A stretch of 64,000 nucleotides of DNA from Deltaproteobacteria bacterium (GCA_040223695.1 JAVKFU010000013.1:59321-123320); one strand, 5' to 3'. Numbered from the stretch's first letter, positions 49,196 to 60,106 are shown. The notes: generated from the letters alone by a model not told the origin. Made by a program: numbers and translations.

Positions 49196-51292
49196 CTAAC
49201 CGATATGCTTTACGGCGGTCTCAACCAGGGAGCCGGAGTCGAAAGGCTTGGCTATACAGGCCATTGCCCCCGCTCTCTTCCATTTCATTTTATCCAGGAT
49301 TCGGGTCTTCCCAGTCAGCATTACGACCGGGATATTTTTTGTGAGACCGTGATTTTTTATTATCTTGCAAAGCTGGTAGCCGTCCATGTGAGGCATATTA
49401 ACATCAACAAAAATAAGATCTGGGATTACTTCATTGAGCATGGAGAGGGCCTGCATTCCATCTCCTGCGGTGTAAACTGTATAACCCTGTCTTTTGAGCG
49501 CGATAGAAACTATTTTCTGAACCGTGAGACTATGATCCACAATCAGAACCGAGCCTCGCGACTGTTTTTCAATTGCTTCACCGTCAATTCTTTCGCTGCT
49601 ATTTGTCACGGTTTCCTCCTTCTCAAACGATCCATCATTGTGTTTATGGCCTTTATGACGGAAATCGATTTTAGCGGCGTCGATTTCTTTTTGAGAATCG
49701 TTCTCACCATGTGAAGAAAAGTCCGTTTCTTTCCGACCCCTATTTTCTGTTTCCGTATTGCCTGGATTGAGATAATCCAACCCTGCAGTCTTTGGCTCTT
49801 CTTCCCCATCCGTAAAGAAAACACCGTCGGTTTCTTGTACAACTCCTGATTCCGGGGAGGCTGGGTTAAATTCGGTGTCGCCGCCGGTTTCCTCCTCCGT
49901 ATGAACGGAATCCCCGCTCCCCCGGAAGCCAGAATCAGCTTTTGTCCCCGGCCGATGTAATGAAGATCTGAAATCGTGCGCCCTGTTTTGCATATTCCGC
50001 TCCTCAGCCGAAATTTCTTCCCCCTTCTCCAGGGTTGCGGCAGACACGGATATATCCGCTTCACCCGCAGCGTCTTCAACCTGAAACGCATTAAATACCG
50101 CATGACTTGTAATATGCTTATTTTCTTCCCTGTCTTTTTCTACGGAGGTGAAATCGTCCGCTTCTTCTGCGTGCGAGCTTAAAACAACTTCCTCCGGAGA
50201 CAGGGCAAAATCCGCCCCGTCCCTCTCTTCTTCTCCCGATATAAACTCGGAGTGATATTCATCACTCTTAAGCGGGGTCTCTCCCTTATCCGATTTGAGA
50301 TCGAATCCGATGAGACGTTCGGCGTCTTTGTCTTCTAGGGGTTCATCAAAATCAGCCGCAGCCTCCTCCGCAACCGGTGACTGCCCTTCTATTTCTGAGT
50401 CCGGCTTCAGGGGGGGAGCGGAACCATGCGCGCCGTTTTCCGAATCGTTGTCTTCGTCACTACTCGAATATCCGGTTTGCTCTATTTCCCACCCGGATTC
50501 GTAATCGGATAGGCCCGCAGCGGTTTTTTCTTCCCTATAATAATCTAGGTCAAATTCGTTACCGGTAGCGTCGGTTTCGGTATCGTTGCCGCCGGGAGCC
50601 ATTTCATCGGAAATAGGCTTATCCTCCTTCCGATAAGCAAAGCCGTCTTCTATAAGCGGTCCGGCCAACCCTTCCTCCTCCAGGACAAGATCATTTCGAG
50701 GGATATAATCATCCTTGTACTGCTCGAGCTCGTTTATTATTTCGTCTATCGGACGTCTATCTTCATCGCTCATCGATGAAACAGTTGATAAATGTCCCGA
50801 TCTCGACTGCGCCGGGTTTTCTTTAGCCGGCAAATCGGAGCCGGCTTCATCCGAGCTGTAATATTCCGCAAGTTTAACCCTTATGGAGCGCTCGGAAGCA
50901 ACCACAGGTTTTATATTCTTGCCCGTAAGGAAACCCAGATCGTCTAGCAGTAAAATATTAGAAGGATCGGACATGGCTACCGTAAGGTTCGAACCGCTGA
51001 GTTCGACGGGAATCAGATATTTACCGCGTGCGGTATCGTTTGGAATCAGGCGGATGATATCCCGGTCTATTTCACGATCATCTATACCCATTACCGGAAC
51101 CCCGTATTGCTTGCCGAGAAACTCGACCAAACCGGATTCGGAGATGAATCCCAGGTCGCTTAAAGATTCGCACAATCCGCAATTTAGCTCTCTTTGCCTT
51201 TCAATAGCTTCCCTCATCTGATCGACGCTGATCAGACCTTTCCTGACAAGCAGCTTTGCCAGATGCATTCTCATCAAATTAGTTTTTTGCAA
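49196..51292 (-). CDS. MshEN (T2SSE_N, c-di-GMP-binding) domain, then a long acidic disordered linker, then a C-terminal response-regulator receiver domain
   Basis: N-terminus (M)RMHLAKLLVRKGLISVDQMREAIERQ plus a second LGFISESGLVEFLGKQYG motif, which is the tandem MshEN signature. About 400 aa is D/E/S/G-rich. The C-terminus carries REC (LIVDHS...FVDVNMPHMDG...KP). The ORF-track TTG at 51292 lies inside a sigma54-like box; the real start is probably ATG 51274 or 51268. Confidence 0.75.
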   Translation of the reverse strand: MQKTNLMRMHLAKLLVRKGLISVDQMREAIERQRELNCGLCESLSDLGFISESGLVEFLGKQYGVPVMGIDDREIDRDIIRLIPNDTARGKYLIPVELSGSNLTVAMSDPSNILLLDDLGFLTGKNIKPVVASERSIRVKLAEYYSSDEAGSDLPAKENPAQSRSGHLSTVSSMSDEDRRPIDEIINELEQYKDDYIPRNDLVLEEEGLAGPLIEDGFAYRKEDKPISDEMAPGGNDTETDATGNEFDLDYYREEKTAAGLSDYESGWEIEQTGYSSSDEDNDSENGAHGSAPPLKPDSEIEGQSPVAEEAAADFDEPLEDKDAERLIGFDLKSDKGETPLKSDEYHSEFISGEEERDGADFALSPEEVVLSSHAEEADDFTSVEKDREENKHITSHAVFNAFQVEDAAGEADISVSAATLEKGEEISAEERNMQNRAHDFRSSLHRPGTKADSGFRGSGDSVHTEEETGGDTEFNPASPESGVVQETDGVFFTDGEEEPKTAGLDYLNPGNTETENRGRKETDFSSHGENDSQKEIDAAKIDFRHKGHKHNDGSFEKEETVTNSSERIDGEAIEKQSRGSVLIVDHSLTVQKIVSIALKRQGYTVYTAGDGMQALSMLNEVIPDLIFVDVNMPHMDGYQLCKIIKNHGLTKNIPVVMLTGKTRILDKMKWKRAGAMACIAKPFDSGSLVETAVKHIG

Positions 51293-51303
51293 ATATCATG
51301 CCA
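51288..51303 (-). promoter_or_regulatory. Candidate sigma54 (-24/-12) promoter element TGGCAT-N5-TTGCA at the 5' end of the MshEN-REC gene
   Basis: Minus strand reads gtgTGGCATgatatTTGCAaaaaactaatttgATGagaATG, 11/12 to the consensus TGGCAC-N5-TTGCA. Confidence 0.35.
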
Positions 51304-51829
51304 CACCTGCAGAGAGCTGCTCATTCGTCGTAATATCCCAATATCATTACAAATAATATGTAAATAGTTCTCCTAAATCATGCGTATGAAGTGACAAAAA
51401 ACGTCAAAATAAGGTAATCGGTGCACAGTCCCCGGGACAGAAAAACAGAATTCATAATTAAAAAATTTCAATATTGAGACCTAAACCCAAAGCGCTCTCT
51501 CACCGAGTGAGCTCTTTACGCTCAAGCACAATCAGCATGAAGCCTTATTGAATCAACATGCCGGACGGACAGGGCGTTCAGCCGAAACGGGGCATTTGGG
51601 ACGGAGAAAAAATTCTTGAAAACATTCATCTACCCCCCCAAAGTATGATAGGATCAACAGAGGATTTTTTAAACTATATTTAATCATTCAGTCATAAATA
51701 CAAAAACGGACCGGTGAATAATCAGGCGAATGTTCAATTTTTAGGATGCATTGCTTAACTTTTGGGCACTTTCTTCATGAACCTTCCAGATAAACCCCTA
51801 TTATTATTGATTGAAAAGCTTTTTGATAA

Positions 51830-52213
<384 letters not shown>

Positions 52214-52308
52214 TGTTGAGAACTTTATTTTAATTTAAATTGAGAAGGAGGATCTGTAAGACCATGCCCACAACTAGAAAGACCAAGAGCAAAGGAGGAT
52301 CACAGGAT

Positions 52309-53730
52309 ATGAGTCCTAAGAAGCCCTCAGACGTTTTAAAAATGATTAAAGATCACGACGTAAAGATCGTTGATCTGAGATTTCTGGATTTCATCGGAAT
52401 GTGGCAGCATTTCAGCTTCCCCATACACATGCTTGACGCAGAGAGGTTCGAGGAGGGATTCGGATTTGACGGATCGAGCATCAGGGGCTGGCAGTCAATA
52501 CATGCAAGCGACATGCTTGTGATACCTGATCCGGAAACCGCAAGACTTGATCCGTTTATGGCCGATACAACTATGGCAATAATATGTGATATAGTCGACC
52601 CGATTACGCGTGAGCCGTATTCACGTGATCCGCGAAATATCGCAAAAAAAGCGGCTGCGTATTTAAAGAGCACTGGAATTGGCGATGCGGCATATTTCGG
52701 GCCGGAACTCGAGTTCTTTATTTTCGATGACGTCAGATACGACCAGACTTCGAACTCGGGTTACTACTTCGTAGATTCCATGGAAGGCATCTGGAACTCC
52801 GGAAGGGATGAAAACCCGAACCTAGGGTATAAACCAAGGCACAAGGAGGGATATTTCCCCACACCACCGGCGGATTCTTTCCAGGATATGCGTACTGAAA
52901 TGGTGCTTGAGCTTGAGAAGCTGGGTGTATCGATAGAGGCACACCATCATGAAGTCGCTACGGCAGGACAGGCTGAAATCGATATGAGATACGCCCCTAT
53001 AGTACAGATGGGCGATCAGATGATGTGGTACAAGTACGTAATCAGAAACGTTGCAAAAAGGTACGGAAGGACCGTTACGTTTATGCCCAAGCCCCTCTTT
53101 GAAGACAACGGCTCGGGCATGCACGTTCATCAGTCTATCTGGAAAAAAGACAAACCTCTTTTCGCTGGAAACGGTTATGCGGGGATGAGCGATCTGGCTA
53201 TGAACTATATAGGCGGAATATTGAAGCACGCAAGAGCGATATGCGCCTTCTCCAACCCTATTACTAACTCTTACAGACGACTCGTCCCGGGATTTGAAGC
53301 CCCGGTTAACCTCGCCTATTCCGCAAGAAACCGGAGCGCCGCCGTAAGGATTCCAATGTATTCCCCGAGTCCGAAAGCAAAGAGGCTCGAATGCAGATTC
53401 CCGGATCCGTCGTGCAACGGTTATCTCGCGTTCTCTGCGATGCTGATGGCGGGACTCGACGGTATCGAGAAAAAAATCGATCCGGGAGAGCCTCTCGATA
53501 AAGACATTTACGCATTGGGCCCGGAGGAGCTGGCCGGAATTCCCAATGTGCCGGGGTCGCTCGAATCGGCTCTTGAAGCGCTCGAGAGTGACCATGAATT
53601 CCTTCTGAAAGGGGATGTCTTCACAGAGGACGTAATTGAAACCTGGATAGAATATAAAACAGACAACGAGGTCAATCCAATAAAATTGAGACCTGTGCCT
53701 TATGAATTCATGCTTTATTTCGACGTGTAG
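52309..53730 (+). CDS. glnA: Glutamine synthetase type I (alternative start at 52264)
   Basis: GS-I beta-grasp N-terminus ([17 protein letters not shown]) and catalytic motifs; the adenylylation-region Tyr is present; AAGGAGGA sits 8 nt before ATG 52309. Confidence 0.92.
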   Translation: MSPKKPSDVLKMIKDHDVKIVDLRFLDFIGMWQHFSFPIHMLDAERFEEGFGFDGSSIRGWQSIHASDMLVIPDPETARLDPFMADTTMAIICDIVDPITREPYSRDPRNIAKKAAAYLKSTGIGDAAYFGPELEFFIFDDVRYDQTSNSGYYFVDSMEGIWNSGRDENPNLGYKPRHKEGYFPTPPADSFQDMRTEMVLELEKLGVSIEAHHHEVATAGQAEIDMRYAPIVQMGDQMMWYKYVIRNVAKRYGRTVTFMPKPLFEDNGSGMHVHQSIWKKDKPLFAGNGYAGMSDLAMNYIGGILKHARAICAFSNPITNSYRRLVPGFEAPVNLAYSARNRSAAVRIPMYSPSPKAKRLECRFPDPSCNGYLAFSAMLMAGLDGIEKKIDPGEPLDKDIYALGPEELAGIPNVPGSLESALEALESDHEFLLKGDVFTEDVIETWIEYKTDNEVNPIKLRPVPYEFMLYFDV

Positions 53731-53756
53731 GAAAAGCTAACCATAAGGCCTGTAAA

Positions 53757-53800
53757 AATTAAAAAAAGGCGGCTGTTCATGAACAGCCGCCTTTTTTTAT
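53757..53800. terminator. Bidirectional Rho-independent terminator between convergent glnA and nuoL
   Basis: aaaaaaaGGCGGCTGTTCatGAACAGCCGCCttttttt forms a perfect 11-bp GC-rich stem flanked by an A-run and a T-run. Confidence 0.8.
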
Positions 53801-53984
53801 AATCACCCTCCAAAAATCAAATACAAGGCACTCACGCAAGACTTGACAAACAAAAAAGCCGCCAAAGCTTTGTTGTAACCCTCAATCGATTCAAATTTTA
53901 TGTGGGGGGACAAATTATAATGAGTATTGATTTGAATTTGCAGTCTTGTTTAATGAGAGGAGTGCTTTTTTCTCAGCCCCGGTT

Positions 53985-55961
53985 TTAAAAACCCTGCCAG
54001 ATTATAATGAAAATCAATATAGCGGCGGCCCCAATTGCCATAAGAGTAGCATAGCCGCGTAAAATGCCGGTTTGGGCGGCTTGTAAGGTCAAAGCCATTT
54101 CTTTTAATATTTCCGCGACACCGTTTACCGACCCGTCAATATATTTCTGATCGAACCTGTAAGCCACATCCGACAGGTACCTGAAGGGCTGAACAAATAT
54201 ATAGTCGTAAAGCTCCTCGATATACCACTTGTTGAAAGACCCGCTGTAAACGGGTTCGACATTTTTGTTTTCGGCAATTTTATCCGGAAGCGACGGTCTT
54301 ACGTAATACAGATAATAGGCTATGATAATTCCGAGCAGAGCGGCTGCGATCGAAAAAAGCACAAGCTCCCAGTGGCCGAGCAAATGATGGCCGGCTTGGG
54401 CGGCTGAATCCATAAAAATTGAGGATGAGACGAATCTTTCAAATAAATTGGTGTCATGGAAACCCAACAGTTCCCCCATAAACTCGGGCACACCGATGTA
54501 GCCTCCGATTATGGATAGAAATGCAAGAACGAGAAGGGGTATTAACATCGTTGAAGGAGACTCATGTATATGGTCCCTTATTTTGTCCGGCACCCTGATT
54601 TTCCCCTCAAACGCAAGCAGGTACAGTCTCACCATGTAGAGGGCCGTGAGAACTACGGTGACAAGGGCGAATAACCATTGTATGGAATATCCCCTCTCGT
54701 AAACGGATCCCAGTATTTCATCTTTACTGAAAAAACCCGACAAAAACGGAACCCCGGCAATCGCGAGCGTGCCGATAAGAAACGTTATAGCCGTAACAGG
54801 AATAAATTTCCTTAGACCGCCCATTTTTCTTATATCCTGCTCACCGCCCAGCGCATGTATTACGCTTCCCGAACCCAAAAACAGGAGAGCCTTAAAGAAA
54901 GCATGGGTAACCAGATGGAATAAACCGGCTGCATAAGCGCCTACGCCTATGCCCATGAACATATAGCCGAGCTGGCTTATGGTTGAATACGCCAGAACCT
55001 TCTTAATATCATTTTGAGTAAGGGCGATTGTAGCCGCGAAAAACGCTGTAAACGCCGCTATGGAAACGACGATCATCTGCGCCGTGGGAGACTGGGAATA
55101 GATCACATTACACCTGGCCACCATATAAGCACCCGCAGTAACCATCGTAGCGGCATGTATAAGTGCGCTCACGGGGGTCGGACCGGCCATGGCGTCGGGA
55201 AGCCAGACGTAGAGAGGAATCTGGGCCGATTTTCCGACGGCGCCTACAAAAAGAAGAAGCGCAATAACCGTCATGACAGACGCGGGAATAGCGCTCATGA
55301 AAACCGGATCCATAGCCTTGCCGAACACATCCTGATAATTCACTGAGCCGAAAACGAAAAAGATGAGAAATATCCCGAGAATAAAACCGAAGTCCCCTAT
55401 CCTGTTTACGACAAATGCCTTTCTTCCCGCACTGGCGTTCTCGGGATTTTCATACCAGAAACCTATAAGCAGATAAGAGGCAAGCCCTACACCTTCCCAT
55501 CCGACGAACATAAGGGGAAAGCTGTTTCCCAGAACCAGGATGAGCATGAAGAAAATGAATATATTCAGATACGCAAAATATTTTGCATAACTTTTATCCC
55601 CGTGCATGTAGCCGATCGAGTACACGTGAATCAGAAAACCTATCCACGTGATTATGAGCGCCATTACGCAGGACAGGGTATCGAACAATAATTCAAAACT
55701 AACCGTAAACTCGCCGGAAGGAATCCACACGAACAGAGTCTGAACGATTTGCCTCTCGGAAGGCTCCATAGATAAGAGTTTGAAGAATAAAACGGATGAA
55801 ATTAGTGCGGATACGAGTACGACTCCGCACCCCGCTATGTTCACTACTTTATGCTCGGTATGGCCGTCGCCGCCGAGGAACTTTTTCCAGAATCCGGTCG
55901 CGAAAACAAGCCCGTTGATCAGGGCGCCTAAAAGCGGGATGAGAATTATCCAAACGATCAT
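53985..55961 (-). CDS. nuoL: NADH-quinone oxidoreductase subunit L
   Basis: 658 aa antiporter-like subunit with a long C-terminal amphipathic-helix extension. Confidence 0.9.
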   Translation of the reverse strand: MIVWIILIPLLGALINGLVFATGFWKKFLGGDGHTEHKVVNIAGCGVVLVSALISSVLFFKLLSMEPSERQIVQTLFVWIPSGEFTVSFELLFDTLSCVMALIITWIGFLIHVYSIGYMHGDKSYAKYFAYLNIFIFFMLILVLGNSFPLMFVGWEGVGLASYLLIGFWYENPENASAGRKAFVVNRIGDFGFILGIFLIFFVFGSVNYQDVFGKAMDPVFMSAIPASVMTVIALLLFVGAVGKSAQIPLYVWLPDAMAGPTPVSALIHAATMVTAGAYMVARCNVIYSQSPTAQMIVVSIAAFTAFFAATIALTQNDIKKVLAYSTISQLGYMFMGIGVGAYAAGLFHLVTHAFFKALLFLGSGSVIHALGGEQDIRKMGGLRKFIPVTAITFLIGTLAIAGVPFLSGFFSKDEILGSVYERGYSIQWLFALVTVVLTALYMVRLYLLAFEGKIRVPDKIRDHIHESPSTMLIPLLVLAFLSIIGGYIGVPEFMGELLGFHDTNLFERFVSSSIFMDSAAQAGHHLLGHWELVLFSIAAALLGIIIAYYLYYVRPSLPDKIAENKNVEPVYSGSFNKWYIEELYDYIFVQPFRYLSDVAYRFDQKYIDGSVNGVAEILKEMALTLQAAQTGILRGYATLMAIGAAAILIFIIIWQGF

Positions 55962-55968
55962 AGTGTCA

Positions 55969-56268
55969 TTAACCTTTGAGAATTTTTAAAATATCTATAT
56001 TAAGGGACTCCCTGTGCGAGTAAACGGCAACAACGAGAGCAAGACCTACCGCAACTTCAGCGGCCGCGACCGTGATCGACATTATCATAAACACCTGACC
56101 GGTCATGTCATCATGAACCCTTGAAAACGCAACAAACGCAAGATTCGCCGCGTTAAGCATAAGCTCTAGAGACATGAGCACTATTATTAAGTTCTTTCTG
56201 GCCATCACACCGTAAACGCCGATTACGAAAAGTATTGCGCTAAGTACAAAATAATGCTCGATAGATAC
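55969..56268 (-). CDS. nuoK: NADH-quinone oxidoreductase subunit K (likely GTG start; ORF-track start 56307 overlaps nuoJ)
   Basis: IEHYFVLSAILFVIGVYGV..RKNLIIVLMSLELMLNAANLAFVAFS is the canonical NuoK sequence. Confidence 0.85.
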   Translation of the reverse strand, partial: VSIEHYFVLSAILFVIGVYGVMARKNLIIVLMSLELMLNAANLAFVAFSRVHDDMTGQVFMIMSITVAAAEVAVGLALVVAVYSHRESLNIDILKILKG

Positions 56269-56275
56269 GCCCAAC

Positions 56276-56785
56276 TCAGCTTTCCCTCCTCTTGGCAATG
56301 GCGACAACGCCGATTATGGCGGCTACGATTAACACCGATGTAAGCTCAAAGGGAAGCAGGTAATCCGTGAACAGCACTTTGCCCACACCTTCGACAGTGC
56401 CGAAGCCCTCCGAGACGGATGAGCTCAAATCTTTCTCCGAGAAAACCCTCCGAAACCCCAAACTCGCGAAATAACCGACGAAAACTAGGACCGCCAACAG
56501 CAAGCTACCCTTGAAAGCCATGTTCTTTGAATCGAATTTTAACGCCTCCGGGCTAAGGTTCAGAAACATAACGGTAAAGAGGAATAAGACCATTATTGCC
56601 CCGGCATAGACCAGTATCTGTATTGCCGCTACGAAATGAGCGAGGAGGAGCACAAAAAGTACCGCTGTAGAGAACAGAGTCAGAACCAGGGAGAGTGCGC
56701 TCGAGACGGGATTTCTATGAGTTATTACGAGAAGCGCGCCCGCTACCGAAAGGGCGGCAAATACATAAAATACGATTGTTTCCAA
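56276..56785 (-). CDS. nuoJ: NADH-quinone oxidoreductase subunit J
   Basis: Five TM helices of NuoJ-like sequence directly upstream of nuoK. Confidence 0.85.
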   Translation of the reverse strand: METIVFYVFAALSVAGALLVITHRNPVSSALSLVLTLFSTAVLFVLLLAHFVAAIQILVYAGAIMVLFLFTVMFLNLSPEALKFDSKNMAFKGSLLLAVLVFVGYFASLGFRRVFSEKDLSSSVSEGFGTVEGVGKVLFTDYLLPFELTSVLIVAAIIGVVAIAKRRES

Positions 56786-56909
56786 CCTGTTGAAAACCTC
56801 CTGGATTGGTAGAAAAGTAAGCGTTCGATGAGGTTAGAGAATTATATTTGAGATAGTGAGATAGTCAAACATAAGGAAAGTAAAATAAAGGCAAATCGGC
56901 GTTGATAAA

Positions 56910-57566
56910 TTACCGGTTTCTGACTACTCCTACCCTGTCACAATAACTTTCGACAGGACATGAGCTGCATAGGGGAGAGACGGGACGGCAAACATGCTGG
57001 CCGAAAGCGACCAGCAAGCTGTTGTAATCTATCCAGTGTTCTCTCGGAAGTTTTTTTCTGAGCGCCATCTCGGTATCAAGCGGCGTTCTGGTTTCAATAT
57101 ATCCGAGTCTGTTCGAGATTCTGTGGACATGGGTATCAACACATATGCCGTATTTATTATAACCCAACGTCAGCACCAGGTTTGCGGTCTTTCTTCCCAC
57201 GCCCTTGAGCTTGAGAAGCTCATCGAGATTATCCGGCACTTTAGAGTCATAATTCCTGATAAGGTCCGCGCAGATAAGACGGATATTTTTTGCCTTTGTC
57301 CTGTAAAACCCCACAGGGTAAATCGCCTTGATAATTTCCTCCTCGCTCAGCTCAAGCATATCGCGGGGATTGTCCGCTAATTTGAATAACCTTCTCGACG
57401 CCCCCGCTGTTGTCTCATCCTTTGTCCTGAGACTCAACACCGTAGAAATCAAAACGCGAAAGGGATCCATGGAACTCTCCGCTTCAAGAGTTACAGCCGG
57501 CACATTCCACTTCGGAACCTCCTTTTTCAATTTCCCTATTACTTTATTTATGTCATCCGCTTTCAT
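56910..57566 (-). CDS. nth: Endonuclease III (HhH-GPD DNA glycosylase with a 4Fe-4S cluster)
   Basis: HhH-GPD motif LKLKGVGRKTANLV and the C-x6-C-x2-C-x5-C cluster CRPVSPLCSSCPVESYC. Confidence 0.9.
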   Translation of the reverse strand: MKADDINKVIGKLKKEVPKWNVPAVTLEAESSMDPFRVLISTVLSLRTKDETTAGASRRLFKLADNPRDMLELSEEEIIKAIYPVGFYRTKAKNIRLICADLIRNYDSKVPDNLDELLKLKGVGRKTANLVLTLGYNKYGICVDTHVHRISNRLGYIETRTPLDTEMALRKKLPREHWIDYNSLLVAFGQHVCRPVSPLCSSCPVESYCDRVGVVRNR

Positions 57567-57630
57567 AGCAAATCCGGGCAGATCATAATATACACAATTA
57601 TCTCCACTGTGTTGCCGGGAGAATTATCGG

Positions 57631-57673
57631 GCATAAAATAAAAACAGCGCGGAGGGGAGTTACCCCCCCGCGC
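57631..57673 (-). terminator. Rho-independent terminator downstream of the sigma-factor gene
   Basis: Minus strand reads GCGCGGGGGGGtaactCCCCTCCGCGC followed by TGTTTTTATTTTAT. Confidence 0.7.
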
Positions 57674-57747
57674 CTCTTATAAACTGATCTTAAAGACCGG
57701 CTTCGATTCAAATAATTAAATCACAAGCGGAATTTTTAATACTGATA

Positions 57748-58980
57748 TCAGTTATATACATCCATGAGACTTTTAAGGACGGGCGCCGACTTCGACCTTC
57801 TTATCCTGTCAAGCGCTTTTTTTTCAATCTGCCTTATCCTTTCCCTCGTCAAATGGAATTTTTTCCCGATTTCATCCAGTGTGTAGGCGGACTGGTACCC
57901 TATTCCGAATCTCATTTTAACAACTTCCCTCTCCCTTACAGAAAGCATGAGCAGCGCGTCGTTAATGTTTGCCGGAATCGAAATTTCAGCTATCAGGCTA
58001 TCGACGTCGAGAGAGCTCGAATCTTCTATAAAATCAAGGTACGTCGTCTTCTCGCCATTCCATACCGGGGTGTCAAGCCTGACAACCTTATTGGATGCGG
58101 ATTCCAGAATCCGCTTAACATTTTCGACACTCATTTGCGCCTTCTCGGCAATCTCTTCGGCGATAGGCTCCCGTTCATTTTCTTTTGTGAGAACCTGTTG
58201 GATATGTCTAACCTTACCCGCTTTCTCAAGAAGGTATGCGGGCATCTTTACGGTTCTGGTTTGATTGAATATACCCCTGGTCATTGACTGATTTATCCAC
58301 CAGCAGGCATATGTTGAAAATCTATAACCCTTTGTATGGTCAAATCTCTCAACCGCTTTTATCAGACCCAGATTTCCTTCCTGAATCAAATCGAGAAAAG
58401 GAACCCCTCTCCTGACAAGCCTCTTGGCCATGCTCGCCACGAGCCTGAGGTTTGCCTTGATAAATCTGTTTCTGAGCTGAAAAGCCTTATTAACGTAGGC
58501 ATCATGGAGCTTTGTTAATAGAGTGATCCTCGCGCCGTTTTCAAAAAACTCAGTTTTCTCCGCGGCTGAAAACTCTCCGATATTTTTTCCCAGATATTTA
58601 TTCGTTTCCAACCGGATAGATTCATCGCCGGCGGCGATTTTTTTGCCGATTATCTTTTCAATTTTCTTATGAATTTCAGTCGCTTTTTGCTCGCAGCATT
58701 TAATTTTAGCCGCCACGTGAGCTTCCTCATGAGGCGCCAGGAGAGGCTCAGTGCTGACCTCCTGGAAATAGGCATTTACGAGCCTTAAATCATGGTTTAT
58801 CGATTCTCTATCATTATCCGAATTACCGGAACTCACGCGGGAGCCGGATACAGAATGGTCCTCTTCAAGATAGTTTTCGGGCTCTTCCAATTCATCCCCC
58901 TCAAAGTCATCTGTAAGTGCTTCCGCTTGATTAGAGCTGTAATCATTGAATACGCTGACATATTCAGGCTTTTTCAACAT
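57748..58980 (-). CDS. RNA polymerase sigma factor, sigma-70 family (group 1/2-like, 410 aa)
   Basis: Region 2 DLIQEGNLGLIKAVERFD...YRFSTYACWWINQSM, region 4 HTH LTRERIRQIEKKALDRIR, and an acidic N-terminal region. Confidence 0.85.
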   Translation of the reverse strand: MLKKPEYVSVFNDYSSNQAEALTDDFEGDELEEPENYLEEDHSVSGSRVSSGNSDNDRESINHDLRLVNAYFQEVSTEPLLAPHEEAHVAAKIKCCEQKATEIHKKIEKIIGKKIAAGDESIRLETNKYLGKNIGEFSAAEKTEFFENGARITLLTKLHDAYVNKAFQLRNRFIKANLRLVASMAKRLVRRGVPFLDLIQEGNLGLIKAVERFDHTKGYRFSTYACWWINQSMTRGIFNQTRTVKMPAYLLEKAGKVRHIQQVLTKENEREPIAEEIAEKAQMSVENVKRILESASNKVVRLDTPVWNGEKTTYLDFIEDSSSLDVDSLIAEISIPANINDALLMLSVREREVVKMRFGIGYQSAYTLDEIGKKFHLTRERIRQIEKKALDRIRRSKSAPVLKSLMDVYN

Positions 58981-59350
58981 TTTCTAGCCTCCTTCTAATT
59001 AAGATGTACCCAATATGCTATTTGATGCATTTATCTGCTATTGTTCTTATAGCTATTAAACTAATACGAACACAAAATTGTTTCAGATTTGTATTAAAGA
59101 GCCCATTTCAGACTAATTTTTTAAGAAAAAAAAAGAAAAAGAGGAACCATCTTCTGATTTTGTCAAAGGGGTTAAGGGGGAGAAGATGGCTTATTTATCA
59201 GCTTTAAATCGTGCTCTATTTGAGCATAGGAGCCAAGGGGGAAACCATTCGTTTGATTTTCCCGCTTTATTAATTCGATTTAACAAATTGCTTACGAATT
59301 AATTGAAAATAAAGGTTAAAAAGTCAACTAAATTAGGGAATCAACAGTGG

Positions 59351-60106
59351 TTACTGCAAGGTCGATTTATCGGCATCCCCGGAAGCCTGGTTTCTTATAT
59401 CTTCCCACTTCCGTACCAGAACCTTCAGGGTGGAGTCGGCTTCCGAGAAACTCCCGCTATTGAGGGATTCAAGGAATTTCCACGTTTCACCTACGGAGCG
59501 CTCATTTTCAAGCGTATAGGGGTTTATAACAGAGCAGACCTCGCCGTAATTGAGAACTATAAACCCGCCGGGATCGAAGCCCGAGAGCCATGATTCCAGT
59601 TCGGATGTTCCCTGAAGCAAATTCATTGCGATGCGTGCGGAGGTTAACTGTTGAAATTCGGCCTTATCGCTTACTTCCGATATAATCTCTTCGGCTTTTT
59701 TAAGTCTCTCCAGCGCGGACTTGATTTTCGTATCATAGTGGAGGGCGTTGAAACCCCAGTGCGTGTAAAGCGTCTGTCTATCCTTTTCGCGGAACGGAAT
59801 AAACCACTCGAGAGGAATGAAGTTTTCACTGAAAAACAAGTTGGCCTTAGAACTGAACGGGGCTACATAATATTTTCCTTCCTCGTCCTTAGTAAAGAAA
59901 CAGTGTTCGAGCTCATCCTTGTCTACCTCCAGCCTCGAAGAAAGAGCCGTAAGAAAGGATTCATATTCATTCCCGAACCATACGCCGAAGGGGGAAGTGG
60001 GTCCTCCCCAATACTGCTCATAGAACTTAACGTATTCGGTCCAGTAATAGCTTTTATCCGTAATACTCGTAAGCGGTTCATACACCACGAGCGTGCTCTT
60101 CGCCAT
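59351..60106 (-). CDS. Hypothetical protein (251 aa)
   Basis: Long ORF with coding-like composition; no family recognised. Confidence 0.4.
   Translation of the reverse strand: MAKSTLVVYEPLTSITDKSYYWTEYVKFYEQYWGGPTSPFGVWFGNEYESFLTALSSRLEVDKDELEHCFFTKDEEGKYYVAPFSSKANLFFSENFIPLEWFIPFREKDRQTLYTHWGFNALHYDTKIKSALERLKKAEEIISEVSDKAEFQQLTSARIAMNLLQGTSELESWLSGFDPGGFIVLNYGEVCSVINPYTLENERSVGETWKFLESLNSGSFSEADSTLKVLVRKWEDIRNQASGDADKSTLQ

Noticed and set aside
52822-53595. 257-aa minus-strand ORF within glnA
   Set aside because: Antisense to glutamine synthetase; no motifs.
59004-59207. 67-aa + strand ORF ending in a KKKKKR tract
   Set aside because: The Lys run is simply translation of an A-rich stretch (aaaaaaaaagaaaaag) in an intergenic region; no start context.
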